NCBI GenBank assembly: GCA_050633305.1
Contig: JBOEGF010000032.1
Coordinates: 257,222-321,221, forward strand
DNA from: Nannocystales bacterium
GTDB taxonomy: Bacteria > Myxococcota_A > Polyangia > Nannocystales > Nannocystaceae
Direction of reading: 5' to 3'
Length of the DNA stretch: 64,000 nt
Below, piece by piece: positions 46,939-59,084 of this stretch. Under the pieces are notes generated by a model. It ran no database searches. It was given only the letters and a program-made list of their open reading frames with translations, and was not told the origin of the DNA. The translations under genes were made by a program, and so were the position numbers. Numbering within the stretch: position 1 is the first letter of the stretch; each line of letters begins with the position of its first letter.

Positions 46939-48537
46939 GTGCGCCAGGCCACTCCCATCGTTCGTGCCCAGTACCTCGTGATCGGTAGCGGTCTCGCTGG
47001 GCTGTACTTCGCGCTGCAAGCCGCCGAGCGCGGCAAGGTCACCATCCTGACCAAGGCCGCTCCGCTCGACTCCAACACCCGGTGGGCCCAGGGCGGCATC
47101 TCAGCGGTGTTGGGCGACGACGACTCGCTGCAGTCCCACGTCGAGGACACCCTGCGCGTCGGCGCAGGCCTGTGCAACGAGGCGATGGTCGAGCGTTGCG
47201 TGGAGATGGCCCCCGGCCTGGTCCGCCGGCTCGCGAGCGACTACGGCGCAGCCTTCGACCGCCAGGACGACGGCGACTTCAAGCTCGGACGCGAGGGCGG
47301 CCACTCGCATCGACGCGTTGTGCACCACCTCGACACGACGGGCGCAGAGATCATGCGCTCGCTGCTTGCCGCGGCCCGCCAACACCCCAACATCACGATC
47401 ATTCCGCGGCAGATGGTGGTCGACCTGCTGAGCTGGTCCAAAGTCGACGGCACGCGTGGCTGCTTCGGCGCCTACAGCCTCGACCTCGACTCCGACACGA
47501 TCAGCGTCCACGTCGCGCCTGTGACGGTCCTGGCCAGCGGGGGGGCAGGCAAGGTGTACCGCTACACCTCCAACCCCGACGTGGCGACGGCCGACGGCGT
47601 CGCGATGGCCTACCGACTCGGGGCGAAGGTCGCCAACCTCGAGTTCATGCAATTCCATCCCACCTGCCTGTTCCACCCCGGCGCCAAGAGCTTCCTGGTG
47701 TCCGAGGCGGTTCGCGGCGAGGGCGGGATCCTGCGGCGGGTCGATGGGAGCGAGCTCATGGAGGGCAAGCACCCCATGAAGAGCCTGGCCCCCAGAGACA
47801 TCGTCGCCCGAGAGATCGACGGAGAGCTCAAGCGCTCGGGCACCGAGTTCGTGCATCTCGATGTGACACACCTGTCCGGAGATTTCATCGTCGAGCGTTT
47901 CCCGGGCATCTACAACCGTTGCCTCGAGCTCGGCCTCGACATGCGGACCGACCCTCTCCCGGTGGTGCCAGCGGCCCACTACATGTGCGGGGGCGTTGTG
48001 GTCGATCGTTTCGGCCGAACCGACATGCCCGGACTCATGGCCATCGGCGAAGTGGCGATGTCCGGGATGCACGGCGCTTGCCGCTTGGCCAGCAACAGCT
48101 TGCTCGAGGCGCTGGTTCTGGCCACGGGCGCCAACGAAGTCTGCGACGCGTTCGGTCGCGAACCGCCCGAACACGTCAACCACTGGAACAGCAGCGACAC
48201 CGTCCACTCCGACGAAGCGATCATGGTCAGCGCCAACTGGCAGGAGGTCCGCGCGCTGATGTGGAACTTCGCCAGCATCGTGCGCAGCAACAAACGGCTT
48301 CGCCGAGCCGAGCGCCGGATCGAACTCATCCGCGAAGAGATTCGCCAGTACTACACGCGTTTTCGGATCACCAAGGACATGCTCGAGCTGCGGAACATCG
48401 CCTTGACCGGGCATCTCATCATCGAATGCGCGACGCGGAGGCGGGAGAGCCGAGGCTTGCATCACACCCTCGACTACCCCGACACCGACCCGTCCCAAGC
48501 GCACGACACCATCCTCAACCGTTGGGAGGGGCCATGA
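46939..48537 (+). CDS. nadB: L-aspartate oxidase
   Basis: IGSGLAG, WAQGGI, REGGHS.RR, QFHPT, SEAVRGEG, LAPRDIVAR, AHYMCGG, HGACRLASNSLLE. Confidence 0.96.
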   Translation: MRQATPIVRAQYLVIGSGLAGLYFALQAAERGKVTILTKAAPLDSNTRWAQGGISAVLGDDDSLQSHVEDTLRVGAGLCNEAMVERCVEMAPGLVRRLASDYGAAFDRQDDGDFKLGREGGHSHRRVVHHLDTTGAEIMRSLLAAARQHPNITIIPRQMVVDLLSWSKVDGTRGCFGAYSLDLDSDTISVHVAPVTVLASGGAGKVYRYTSNPDVATADGVAMAYRLGAKVANLEFMQFHPTCLFHPGAKSFLVSEAVRGEGGILRRVDGSELMEGKHPMKSLAPRDIVAREIDGELKRSGTEFVHLDVTHLSGDFIVERFPGIYNRCLELGLDMRTDPLPVVPAAHYMCGGVVVDRFGRTDMPGLMAIGEVAMSGMHGACRLASNSLLEALVLATGANEVCDAFGREPPEHVNHWNSSDTVHSDEAIMVSANWQEVRALMWNFASIVRSNKRLRRAERRIELIREEIRQYYTRFRITKDMLELRNIALTGHLIIECATRRRESRGLHHTLDYPDTDPSQAHDTILNRWEGP

Positions 48538-49178
48538 CATTTTGCAGACTCGGCACGCTCGCGGTGACAGCCCTGCTGGCCGCGTGCTCGTCTGCACAGC
48601 ACCGCAGCCCCGAGCAGCTCCGCGAATCCTACGTCGATGCACTCGCGGAAGCAGACGCCAAGACGGCATACGCGATGCTCAGCCCCCAGGCGCAAGCGCA
48701 GGTCTCCCTCGAGGACTTCGAGGCGCGATGGAAGGCCGACGCCGCCGAGCGCAAAGCCCGTGCTCAGACGGCTCGCGCCCTGTCCCCTGAAGACGCAGTG
48801 GGATTGCGCGGCGGGACGACGGCACACGACGGGGGCAAGGTACTCACCTGGTCCGAACTCGATGGCGTCTACTACGTCACCTCCGGACTGCCCGGGACCC
48901 CGCAGTCGACCACACCGACCCAGACGGTTCATGCGCTCATCGCCGCCGTTCGAGAGGCCGACCTCACGGGGGTACGTGCGCTGCTCGACGACAGCTTGGC
49001 CGAGGCGCTCTCCGAGGACTGGCAGGCGCGGGTCGATGCAATCGAGGAAGCCCTCGATCGTCCCGGCAGCATCGAGCTGAGCCCAGACCTCCGACAAGCC
49101 GAGCTCCGCTACGACACTGGCAAGGCGCTCACACTCGAGCAGACGCCGCGTGGCTGGCGGATCACAGCGTTGGAGTAA
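48534..49178 (+). CDS. hypothetical lipoprotein
   Basis: ATGA overlap with nadB; lipobox LAAC; two NTF2-like-looking halves. Confidence 0.7.
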   Translation: MTFCRLGTLAVTALLAACSSAQHRSPEQLRESYVDALAEADAKTAYAMLSPQAQAQVSLEDFEARWKADAAERKARAQTARALSPEDAVGLRGGTTAHDGGKVLTWSELDGVYYVTSGLPGTPQSTTPTQTVHALIAAVREADLTGVRALLDDSLAEALSEDWQARVDAIEEALDRPGSIELSPDLRQAELRYDTGKALTLEQTPRGWRITALE

Positions 49179-49201
49179 CCGTCCTCGGAGCGCTGAACCA
49201 C

Positions 49202-50062
49202 GTGCAGCGGCTCCTTCATTCTGCCCAGCAACTGGTCAAGGTCGCCCGCCCCGGGTTCTGGCCGACGACGCTGTGGTTTTTCATTCTCCCGTTCGCCGGC
49301 CTCGACATGTTCGGGACACCGGCGTTCTGGCTGGGTGCGGCGTACGTCTGTTTTCCGCTCGGCCTGCTGCTGTATGGGTGGAACGACATCGGCGACGCGC
49401 AGACCGACGCCAACAACCCACGTAAGGACAGCTGGATCTTCGGCGCTCGACCCGACGACGCGCTACGCCAGCGACTGCCGTGGATCATCGCGGCCGTCCA
49501 ACTGCCGTTCCTCATCGCCTTCGTGGCGGTCGCGGGCATCAAGATGTTGGCTTGGTTTGCCGCGGTCCTGCTGACCAACGCGACGTACAACAACCTGGGC
49601 TTCAAGGCCCGGCCAGTCCTGGATGTCCTCAACCAAGCCGGCTACGTCTTGGTGTTCGTCTTGGCGAGCTGGTTGTGCGACGTCCCACAGCTCAACCCTG
49701 CCGCCGTCGCCTTCAGTGCCCTGTTCGCGATGCTGAGCCACGTGTTCGGTCAACTCATGGACCTCGACCAAGACCGCGATGCCGGACGCCGCTCGACCGC
49801 GGTCGTGCTCGGGCATCGGGGAACCAAGGCACTTCTGGTCCTGCTGTTGGCCGTCGAGGCTGGCGTCGCCTGGCGCTGGTTCTCGGGCTGGTACGTCGCT
49901 GCGTTCATGGGTGCAGGCGCGGTCTTCTTCACCGTCGACACACTCGCCGGACCGCCCCGCTACCCTGTGTCGTTCACCAAGGTGTTCTTCGTCGGGTGGA
50001 ACCTGGTGGTGCTGACGACGATGCACTTCGTCTGGCGGCTGGGCGTCTTCCAGCTCTCGTAG
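49202..50062 (+). CDS. UbiA-family prenyltransferase
   Basis: RP.FW, YGWNDIGD..TD..NPRK, D.D.DR.AG.RSTAV.LG; multiple TMs. Confidence 0.85.
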   Translation: MQRLLHSAQQLVKVARPGFWPTTLWFFILPFAGLDMFGTPAFWLGAAYVCFPLGLLLYGWNDIGDAQTDANNPRKDSWIFGARPDDALRQRLPWIIAAVQLPFLIAFVAVAGIKMLAWFAAVLLTNATYNNLGFKARPVLDVLNQAGYVLVFVLASWLCDVPQLNPAAVAFSALFAMLSHVFGQLMDLDQDRDAGRRSTAVVLGHRGTKALLVLLLAVEAGVAWRWFSGWYVAAFMGAGAVFFTVDTLAGPPRYPVSFTKVFFVGWNLVVLTTMHFVWRLGVFQLS

Positions 50063-50272
50063 CGACCCTCGCCCAAGGCCGCGCGCGTTGTCGCGCCCCG
50101 ACCGCCGCGGCATGGCGAGTCGCGTAGCCGGAACGAGGGCCGACTGGCTACCCGACTCGCCACCGCGGTCCGGGCGCACACATGGAAGCACCTGAAGTCA
50201 GGCAACCGACATGTAAGGCACGTCGCTTGCGTACCGGACCCAAGCGTTCACCCGCTGCCCGGAGGCTCATCG

Positions 50273-50764
50273 ATGCAAGCGTCATTCAACGTCGGAGACA
50301 AAGCTGTTTACCCCGCCCGCGGAGTTGCAGAGGTCGTCGGCATGGAGAGCAAGACGATCGGCGAGCACGCCATCGACTGCTACCACCTCCAGGTCTGCGG
50401 GAGCGGCCTGAAGATCATCGTCCCCGTTCACAAAGCCCAAGAGAACGGCATGCGCCCGGTCTCCGATCGCAGCGCGTTGGACCAGCTCTACTCGCTGTTG
50501 CAGGACCACGACGTGCCTGCCGACCGGCAGACGTGGAACCGCCGCCACCGCGCCTTCATGGAGAAGATTCGCACCGGTTCCCTGTTCGAAGTCGGAGAGG
50601 TCTACCGCGACCTGGCACTGCTTCGCCTCAGCAAGAACCTCAGCCATGGCGAGCGCCAGATGCTCTACACGGCCAAGGAACTCCTGGTGAAGGAAGTCGC
50701 CTGCGTGCAAGACAAGAGTGAAGAAGACGTCGAGTCCGAACTCGAGTCTTTCTTCCAGAATTGA
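50273..50764 (+). CDS. CarD/CdnL family RNA polymerase-binding regulator
   Basis: F.VGDKAVYP..GV, I.VPV, GMR, WNRR.R, K..TG; 163 aa with no HMGA tail, so CdnL-like. Confidence 0.92.
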   Translation: MQASFNVGDKAVYPARGVAEVVGMESKTIGEHAIDCYHLQVCGSGLKIIVPVHKAQENGMRPVSDRSALDQLYSLLQDHDVPADRQTWNRRHRAFMEKIRTGSLFEVGEVYRDLALLRLSKNLSHGERQMLYTAKELLVKEVACVQDKSEEDVESELESFFQN

Positions 50765-50941
50765 ACGATGGGAGGGCCGCGCACGCCCTCGCCCGCTCGC
50801 GACACGCCGCGAACTGCGGGGCCCCCTCCTTCGCAGGCACCCTCTCGGGCTACCTTCCTACGGCGCCGTGCGCGCCACTCTGGGGGCGCGGCCAAGTCCG
50901 GCATTGACCCCTCGCCCCGATCCCGGCTACTCAAGCCGACC

Positions 50942-51466
50942 GTGGCCGTCGACTCCAGCCAGCAGCTCGCAATTACGATCTCCACCGACCCTTGGGGCGA
51001 AGTCGAGGTCGATGCGTTCGTGTGCCCGACCAACTCCGAAGGCCGGATGACGCACTACCCAGCGTCCAAAGTCCGCGACCTCGCCGGCCCCCAAGTCGAA
51101 ACCCAGGTCCGGGCGCACACGCCGCTGGCGGTGGGTGCAGCACTGGTCACGCCCGGCGGCGGCATGAAAGCCCGGCACGTCATTCACGTGCCCAACACCG
51201 ACAAGCCCGGCGGCAAGGTTCAGGTCGAGGACGTGCTGCGTGCGACGGCGGCTGTGATCATCGCCGCCGACACCAAAGGCTTCTCGTCGTTGGCGATCCC
51301 GCTCATGGGAGCGTTCGAGCGTGGGATCCCGGCGGAGGAAGCGGCACGAGCGATCCACAGTGAACTGCGTTCTTACAAGGGCGGACGGGCTCTTTCGGTC
51401 CTGCTGATGGCCAAAGATGCGGACGAGGTCGAAGTCTTCGAGCTCGCCATCGAAGGCAACGGCTGA
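50942..51466 (+). CDS. macro domain protein (divergent)
   Basis: VDAFVCPTN, PLAVGAALVTPGG.M.ARHVIHVP, SLAIP.MG. Start uncertain. Confidence 0.75.
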   Translation: MAVDSSQQLAITISTDPWGEVEVDAFVCPTNSEGRMTHYPASKVRDLAGPQVETQVRAHTPLAVGAALVTPGGGMKARHVIHVPNTDKPGGKVQVEDVLRATAAVIIAADTKGFSSLAIPLMGAFERGIPAEEAARAIHSELRSYKGGRALSVLLMAKDADEVEVFELAIEGNG

Positions 51467-51563
51467 AAACGTAAAAAAAGGGGCCTGTAGGGTCCAAGAC
51501 GCTTGCGCAACCCTATGCTAAGACCGGGCCGGACGCGGGGTTTGCACCCGTGGTTTCGCTTCG

Positions 51564-51968
51564 ATGGCTGAGTCATACCTGCCAGCGCTATTTTTTGTGA
51601 TCTTCGCCCTCGGTTTCGCGGGCGCCAACCTCGGCATCGCAATGGTGCTGGGGCCCAAGCGGACCTCGGCGATCAAGGACGAACCGTTCGAGTGTGGCAG
51701 CGAGCCCATCGGCAGTCCGAGGGTCAAGTTCAGCGTCAAATTCTACCAGGTCGCGATCCTCTTCCTGGTGTTCGATATTGAGGTGGCGTTCCTCTACCCA
51801 TGGGCTTCGCTGTTCCGCGAGCTTTCCTGCGAAGGCACGCTCAACGCCGCGGGAGTCTGCGTGGGAACCCCGACCCTGTTCGGGCTGGTGGAGATGTTCG
51901 TCTTCATCGGTATCCTGACGCTGGGCCTCGCCTACGTGTGGCGTAAACGAGCGCTGGACTGGGCCTAG
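51564..51968 (+). CDS. nuoA: NADH-quinone oxidoreductase subunit A
   Basis: K.EPFECG, KFYQVAILFLVFDIEVAFLYPW, W.K.ALDW. Confidence 0.95.
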   Translation: MAESYLPALFFVIFALGFAGANLGIAMVLGPKRTSAIKDEPFECGSEPIGSPRVKFSVKFYQVAILFLVFDIEVAFLYPWASLFRELSCEGTLNAAGVCVGTPTLFGLVEMFVFIGILTLGLAYVWRKRALDWA

Positions 51969-52003
51969 ACACGGCACCCCGAGCGAAGCAAAGGACCGAG
52001 CCC

Positions 52004-52591
52004 ATGGCAGACCATCCCGGATACGTCCCGACGAAGCTTCAAGACGCCATCAACTGGGCGCAGAAGTACTCGTTGTTCACCTACCCGTTCGCGACGGCGT
52101 GCTGCGCCATGGAGTTCATGGCGACGATGGCGGGCAAGTACGACATCGCCCGGTTCGGTGCCGAGTTCCCCCGCTTCTCGCCGCGGCAAGCCGATCTGCT
52201 GCTGATCGTCGGCACGGTGACCGAGCGTCAAGGACCCATCCTCCGGCGCATCTACGATCAGATGGCGGACCCCAAATGGGTGATGGCCTTTGGCGTCTGC
52301 GCCAGCACGGGCGGCTTCTATCAGAACTACACTGTCATGCCCGGTGCCGATCAGGTGGTCCCCGTCGACGTCTACGTTCCGGGGTGTCCGCCGCGTCCGG
52401 AGCAGGTCCTCGATGGCCTGATGACGCTTCAGCGAAGGATTCAGGACCACCGTGGGCACAGCCAGCGCGAGCTCGGCAACACCGCCGCCTTCACCCCACA
52501 GGACCGCCGTCGCCTGCCCATCGTGCCTGACGGCACGAGCATGACGCTGGACGAAGACGAGCGCATGCCCAAAGACGGCCGCGTCCTGTAG
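52004..52591 (+). CDS. nuoB: NADH-quinone oxidoreductase subunit B
   Basis: TACCAME, SPRQADL, G.CAS.GG, VDVYVPGCPPRPE. Confidence 0.96.
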   Translation: MADHPGYVPTKLQDAINWAQKYSLFTYPFATACCAMEFMATMAGKYDIARFGAEFPRFSPRQADLLLIVGTVTERQGPILRRIYDQMADPKWVMAFGVCASTGGFYQNYTVMPGADQVVPVDVYVPGCPPRPEQVLDGLMTLQRRIQDHRGHSQRELGNTAAFTPQDRRRLPIVPDGTSMTLDEDERMPKDGRVL

Positions 52592-52635
52592 CCGCCCGAC
52601 TCCTCACCGCCCCGCGACTGACTCCGAAGGTATCG

Positions 52636-53187
52636 ATGGCCGAATCCGTCCTCACCGCCCTGTGCGAACGCTTCGGCGACGCCATCCTCGAGACCGGCAC
52701 CTACGTCGGGGACGAGATCGCCATCGTCGCGCGTGAGCGACTCGTCGAAGTCCTCACCTTCCTGAGGGACGACCCGGACATGGCCTTCGCCATGCTCACC
52801 GACCTCACCGTCGTTGACTACCTCACCCAAACGCCGCGCTTCGAAGTCGTCTACCAGCTGTACAGCTTGTCGAAGAAACACCGGGTCCGGCTCAAGGTGC
52901 ACGTCGACGAGGCCACGGAAGAGTGCTGGGTGCCCACCGCGACGGCACTATGGCACGCCGCGAACTGGGCCGAGCGCGAAGCCTGGGACCTGTACGGGGT
53001 TCGATTCGAGGGGCATCCGGACATGCGCAGAATCCTGATGTACGACGAGTTTGTGGGGCACCCGCTGCGAAAAGACTACCCACAGAACGCTCGGCAGCCC
53101 CTGCTGCGGCGCCCCGACGCCACCCCCACCGACGACCAGACCACCCGGCTGCTCGAAGACAGCCACGACCGCCGCACCTCCGGCTGA
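52636..53187 (+). CDS. nuoC: NADH-quinone oxidoreductase subunit C
   Basis: RFEVVYQL.S, ANWAEREAWDLYG..F.GHP..RRIL, GHPLRKDYP. Confidence 0.95.
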   Translation: MAESVLTALCERFGDAILETGTYVGDEIAIVARERLVEVLTFLRDDPDMAFAMLTDLTVVDYLTQTPRFEVVYQLYSLSKKHRVRLKVHVDEATEECWVPTATALWHAANWAEREAWDLYGVRFEGHPDMRRILMYDEFVGHPLRKDYPQNARQPLLRRPDATPTDDQTTRLLEDSHDRRTSG

Positions 53188-53195
53188 GCCTCACG

Positions 53196-54521
53196 ATGGT
53201 TGCCACTCCTCACAAGGACGTCACCGTCCCCGGCGCCAAACCGGTCGCCCACTCCTTGGCCGAGACGTTCGAGCCCTCCGGACGGCAAGCGGGCGAGAAC
53301 CGCCTGTCCCCTTCGATGGAAGCCTTCGCCGAGCAGGCCAAGCGCCTGCCCACTGACGAGGTCATCATCAACATGGGGCCCTCCCACCCCGCGATGCACG
53401 GCACCGTCCGCGTGGTGCTTCGCATCGACGGCGAGACGATCAAGGACGCCGACGTGCAGATCGGCTACCTGCACCGCGGATTCGAGAAAGAGTCCGAGAA
53501 CGCCACGTACGGACAGATTTTCCCGTACGTCGACCGGCTCAACTACGTCTCGCCGATGCTCAACAACGTGGGCTACGCGATGGCGGTCGAGAAGCTGCTG
53601 GGCATCACCGAGCGCATCCCGGAGCGAGCGGAGTACATCCGCGTCATCGCCGGGGAGCTTGCCCGCGTCTGCGACCACCTCACCTGCATCGTCGCCAGCT
53701 TGGCCGAGCTCGGAGGATTCACGGCGTTCTTCTATGGCATTCGGGCACGCGAGCATTTCTGGGAGCTGCTCGAGGACATCTCCGGTGCCCGAATGACGCA
53801 CAGCTACTGCCGCATCGGTGGCGTGGCGTGGGACCTGACCGACGACTTCATCCCCAAGTGTCGGGAGAAGATCACCAAGGTCCGCAAGCTCATCGACGAC
53901 ACGCGCACACTCGTGGAGCGCAACCGCATCTTCCTCGATCGGATGGAAGGGGTCGGCACCCTCTGTGGCGAGGATGCCGTCAGCTACGGCATCACCGGGC
54001 CGGTGCTCCGCGCCAGCGGTGTCGACTACGACGTCCGCAAAGACAAGCCCTACTCCGTCTACGACCACTTCGACTTCGCGATCCCGATCGCCGATGGCGG
54101 AGACAACCTCGCGCGGTATCTGGTGCGCATCGAGGAGATGGAGCAGAGCATGCAGATCATCGAGCAGGCGATGGTCCAGATCCCACCGGGCGCAGTGATC
54201 ATCGACGACCCCGCGATCGCCCTTCCCGCGAAGCGCGAGGTCTACAACTCGATCGAGGGCATGATCGCCCACTTCAAGCACATCATGGACGGCCTTCGGG
54301 TTCCGCCGGGTGAGGCCTACAGTTTCACCGAGGCCGGCAACGGCGAGCTCGGTTTCTACATCGTCTCCGATGGCACCGGGCGCCCGTTCAAGTGTCGCTG
54401 TCGTCCGCCCTCGTTCTACACGACGGCCGCGCTTCGCCAGCTCATCATCGGAGCCAACCTCGCCGACGTCGTGCCGATCTTCGGCGGTATCAACATGATT
54501 GGAGGCGAGTGCGACCGCTGA
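53196..54521 (+). CDS. nuoD: NADH-quinone oxidoreductase subunit D
   Basis: NMGPSHPAMHG, GYLHRGFEK, DRLNY, GP.LRASG, GELG.Y, GECDR. Confidence 0.96.
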   Translation: MVATPHKDVTVPGAKPVAHSLAETFEPSGRQAGENRLSPSMEAFAEQAKRLPTDEVIINMGPSHPAMHGTVRVVLRIDGETIKDADVQIGYLHRGFEKESENATYGQIFPYVDRLNYVSPMLNNVGYAMAVEKLLGITERIPERAEYIRVIAGELARVCDHLTCIVASLAELGGFTAFFYGIRAREHFWELLEDISGARMTHSYCRIGGVAWDLTDDFIPKCREKITKVRKLIDDTRTLVERNRIFLDRMEGVGTLCGEDAVSYGITGPVLRASGVDYDVRKDKPYSVYDHFDFAIPIADGGDNLARYLVRIEEMEQSMQIIEQAMVQIPPGAVIIDDPAIALPAKREVYNSIEGMIAHFKHIMDGLRVPPGEAYSFTEAGNGELGFYIVSDGTGRPFKCRCRPPSFYTTAALRQLIIGANLADVVPIFGGINMIGGECDR

Positions 54522-54551
54522 TGCGGTCCGCGCTCCCGTCTGGGCTTTCGC

Positions 54552-56320
<1,769 letters not shown>

Positions 56321-56324
<4 letters not shown>

Positions 56325-58219
56325 CCTCCGGAGCCCGCATGATCATCACACTCCTCGCGAACCTCAGGCGTGCACTCGGACCTTGGGCGGCGCTCCTGCT
56401 GCTTCCCTCCCTGCTCAGCCTCTCCGCGTGTGCTCCCGACCCCAGCGCCGCGGCTGAAGTCCGGGTTTTGGTCGAGCCTGGCGAACTCGTGTTCCATCCA
56501 GACACGGCACCCATCCGCGTCACGGTTCTCAACGAAGGCCAACGACCAGTGCCGGTGCAAGGCTTTCGGATCTCGGGCAACGACTGGGCCAGCTTCTCGA
56601 TTGTCGAACCCCTCAACCCGCTGATGCTGATGCCCGGCCGCGGGCTGACATTCACCGTGGCCGCCGACGCCACGACTTTTCAGGGCGCCGCCGCACCCAG
56701 CGTCGTCCAAGCCGAGGCCCAAGCCCAGGCCGCCGAGGAGATCGACCCGGACGCCTACCGCGAGGGTCAGGCCGTGTTGGAGCTCAACGTCGCAGGTGAG
56801 GAACGCACCGTGCCGCTTCGCTTCGAAGACCCCTCGTGGCTGGTCACCACCGTGTTCCCTGGGGTCCTCAAGGTCATGCTGCTGGTGATGGGCTTCATCA
56901 TGCCTCTGGCGTCGTTGCTGCTGTGGCAGGAGCGAAAGCAGAGCGCGATGATGCAGGACCGCGTCGGACCCAACATGGCCCGCATCACGCTGGGCGGCAT
57001 CACGGTCCGCCTGTGGGGACTGCTTCACATCGCGACCGACGGGTTGAAGATGTTCTTCAAGGAGGATTTCATCCCCCGCCGAGCGCACCGGGCCCTGTAC
57101 ACGCTGGCCCCGGTGATGGCGCTCATGCCCGCCTTGGTGGTGTTCGCGATCGTGCCGTTCGGCGATGCGCTGTGCTACGGGCACCTCTTCGACGTCCTTC
57201 ACCAAGCCGACGTCGATCAGTGCGCGGCCGGACGCGGCGGCACCCCGTTGCAGGTCGCCCACATCGACATCGGCCTGTTGTTCTACTTCGCGATCGCCTC
57301 GTTGGCGACGTGGGGCGCAACGCTGGCCGGATGGGCGAGCTACAACAAGTGGGCGATTCTCGGCGCGCTTCGAGCTTCGGCTCAGATGGTGTCCTACGAG
57401 GTCGCCATCGGGCTGACCATCGTCGGCGCCCTGCTCGTGTACGGCACGCTCGAGCCCCACGCGCTGGTGCATGCGCAGCTGGAGAGTTCCTGGGGCATCC
57501 TCCTGCAGCCGGTCGCGTTCATTCTGTTCTTCACCGCCGCCATCGCAGAGACCAAGCGTGCGCCGTTCGACCTTCCCGAGGGCGAATCGGAGATTCTCGG
57601 GTACTTCGTCGAGTACTCGGGGATGCGCTTCGGGCTGTTCTTCCTCGCCGAGTTCATCGAAGTCGTCTTCGTCTCGGCGCTGGTCACCACCCTGTTCCTC
57701 GGAGGCTGGGCGCTGCCGCTGGACATGTTCGGTGCCTCCGGCTTCGCTGCCCCTTGGGTCGCGCAGCTGTTCTTCACCGTGGCAGGTGCCGTCATCGCGG
57801 CCACCGGTGTTGCGGTGTGGCGTGCCTCAAAGCACGCGCAGTTCGTTGGTGCGACCATGCTGGCGGTCGGCGTGTTGCACATCTGCGTCGCGATCTACTC
57901 GGTGTTCACGGGCTGGGGCGCTGAGTTACCCCACATCATGGTCGTCGTCGTCGGCATGCTGACGTGGGGACTCAAGGTGTTCGCCTTGTGCTGGGTGCAG
58001 TTGCTCATTCGCTGGACCCTGCCCCGCTTCCGCTACGACCAACTCATGAGCCTGGGTTGGAAGGGCCTGCTGCCGTTGTCGCTGGCCAACATCGCGGTGA
58101 CCGCCGTCGTCGTCTACGCCCTGTCCGCAGCGAACGCCATCACCCCACTCCCGGCCGAGCCCGCCCAGGAGCGTCCCGCTCCCGCCGCCGCCCCCGTGCA
58201 ACTCGGAGTCGTGCCATGA
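56321..58219 (+). CDS. nuoH: NADH-quinone oxidoreductase subunit H with N-terminal lipoprotein/Ig-like extension
   Basis: ERK..A.MQDR.GPN, DGLKMFFKED, LRASAQMVSYE, AET.RAPFDLPEGESE, EYSG.RF, RWTLPRFRYDQLM; about 170 aa extra at the N-terminus. Confidence 0.92.
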
Positions 58220-58803
58220 CCATCACCGTCAAGAAAGTCTCCCTGCAGCGGACCGCCGCCGACCAAGTCTTCCTGCCGGCGATCCTTCGCGGCCTGGTCA
58301 CCACCGCCCGTCACTTCTTCAAGAACACGCTCACCAAAGGCATGGGCGACGTCGACACCATTCGCTACGGCGAGCCCGATGTGCACGTCGAGGACTACTA
58401 CCCGGAACGATTTCGCGGCGTGCATCGCCTGATGCATCGCGACGACGGGTCCGTCCGCTGCGTGGCCTGCATGTGTTGCTCGACCGTATGCCCTGCACGA
58501 TGCATCTACATCCACGCCGAAGACCGGGGCGGCGACGAAGAGAAAGCGCCCAAGTCGTTCGTCATCGACGAACTCAAGTGCGTGGTCTGTGGATTCTGCG
58601 TCGAGGCGTGTCCGTGCGATGCCATCCGCATGGACACCAAGCGACACATGCACCCCACCGAGACGCGGGCAGACGCGGTCCTGGGGAAGATCGACTTGAT
58701 GAAGCGCGGCACGGCCAGCGTCGCTCAGCAAGGCGGCGTCGGGGCCGACTATCGAAGCACCTCGCCCAAGTCAGACCCGCGCTTCGACCACGACAAGCGT
58801 TGA
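58216..58803 (+). CDS. nuoI: NADH-quinone oxidoreductase subunit I
   Basis: RFRG.H.L, CVACMCCSTVCP, CVVCGFCVEACPCDAI. Confidence 0.95.
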   Translation: MTITVKKVSLQRTAADQVFLPAILRGLVTTARHFFKNTLTKGMGDVDTIRYGEPDVHVEDYYPERFRGVHRLMHRDDGSVRCVACMCCSTVCPARCIYIHAEDRGGDEEKAPKSFVIDELKCVVCGFCVEACPCDAIRMDTKRHMHPTETRADAVLGKIDLMKRGTASVAQQGGVGADYRSTSPKSDPRFDHDKR

Positions 58804-58913
58804 GCGTCACCACGCGCCAAGACACTCGGTCAAGCGGTCGAGCAGGCTATTGATGGCCCGTGATGGGGCTCGAATCAGCCGAGCGCAGGCGAGTTTTCAT
58901 GCTAGGATGATCA

Positions 58914-59084
58914 GCGGTGGGCGGGGGTTTGTGCCTTCGTGTTCTGCCTACTTTTTTCATCCCAGGGAGCCGTCTCTGTTCGTAGGTGTGCAGGCCCGTC
59001 CGGCGGGAAGCCCGAAGCGATTATCGTGGCACCCACCTGCAAAGGTAGGGGGTTGAACTAAAAAAGCCGGCCCCGGTCCACCGT
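58914..59084 (+). ncRNA. ssrS: 6S RNA
   Basis: About 171 nt rod: 5' GCGGTGGGC pairs with 3' GTCCACCGT. Conserved 6S-type blocks GGGAGCC (58965-58971) and GGCACCCACCTGC (59028-59040). Extended -10 TGcTAGGAT ends at 58908. Confidence 0.8.

Noticed and set aside
49202..50764. Carotenoid module (UbiA/lycopene-elongase-like gene next to CarD)
   Set aside because: The regulator is the short CdnL type and no crt genes are present; adjacency alone is insufficient.
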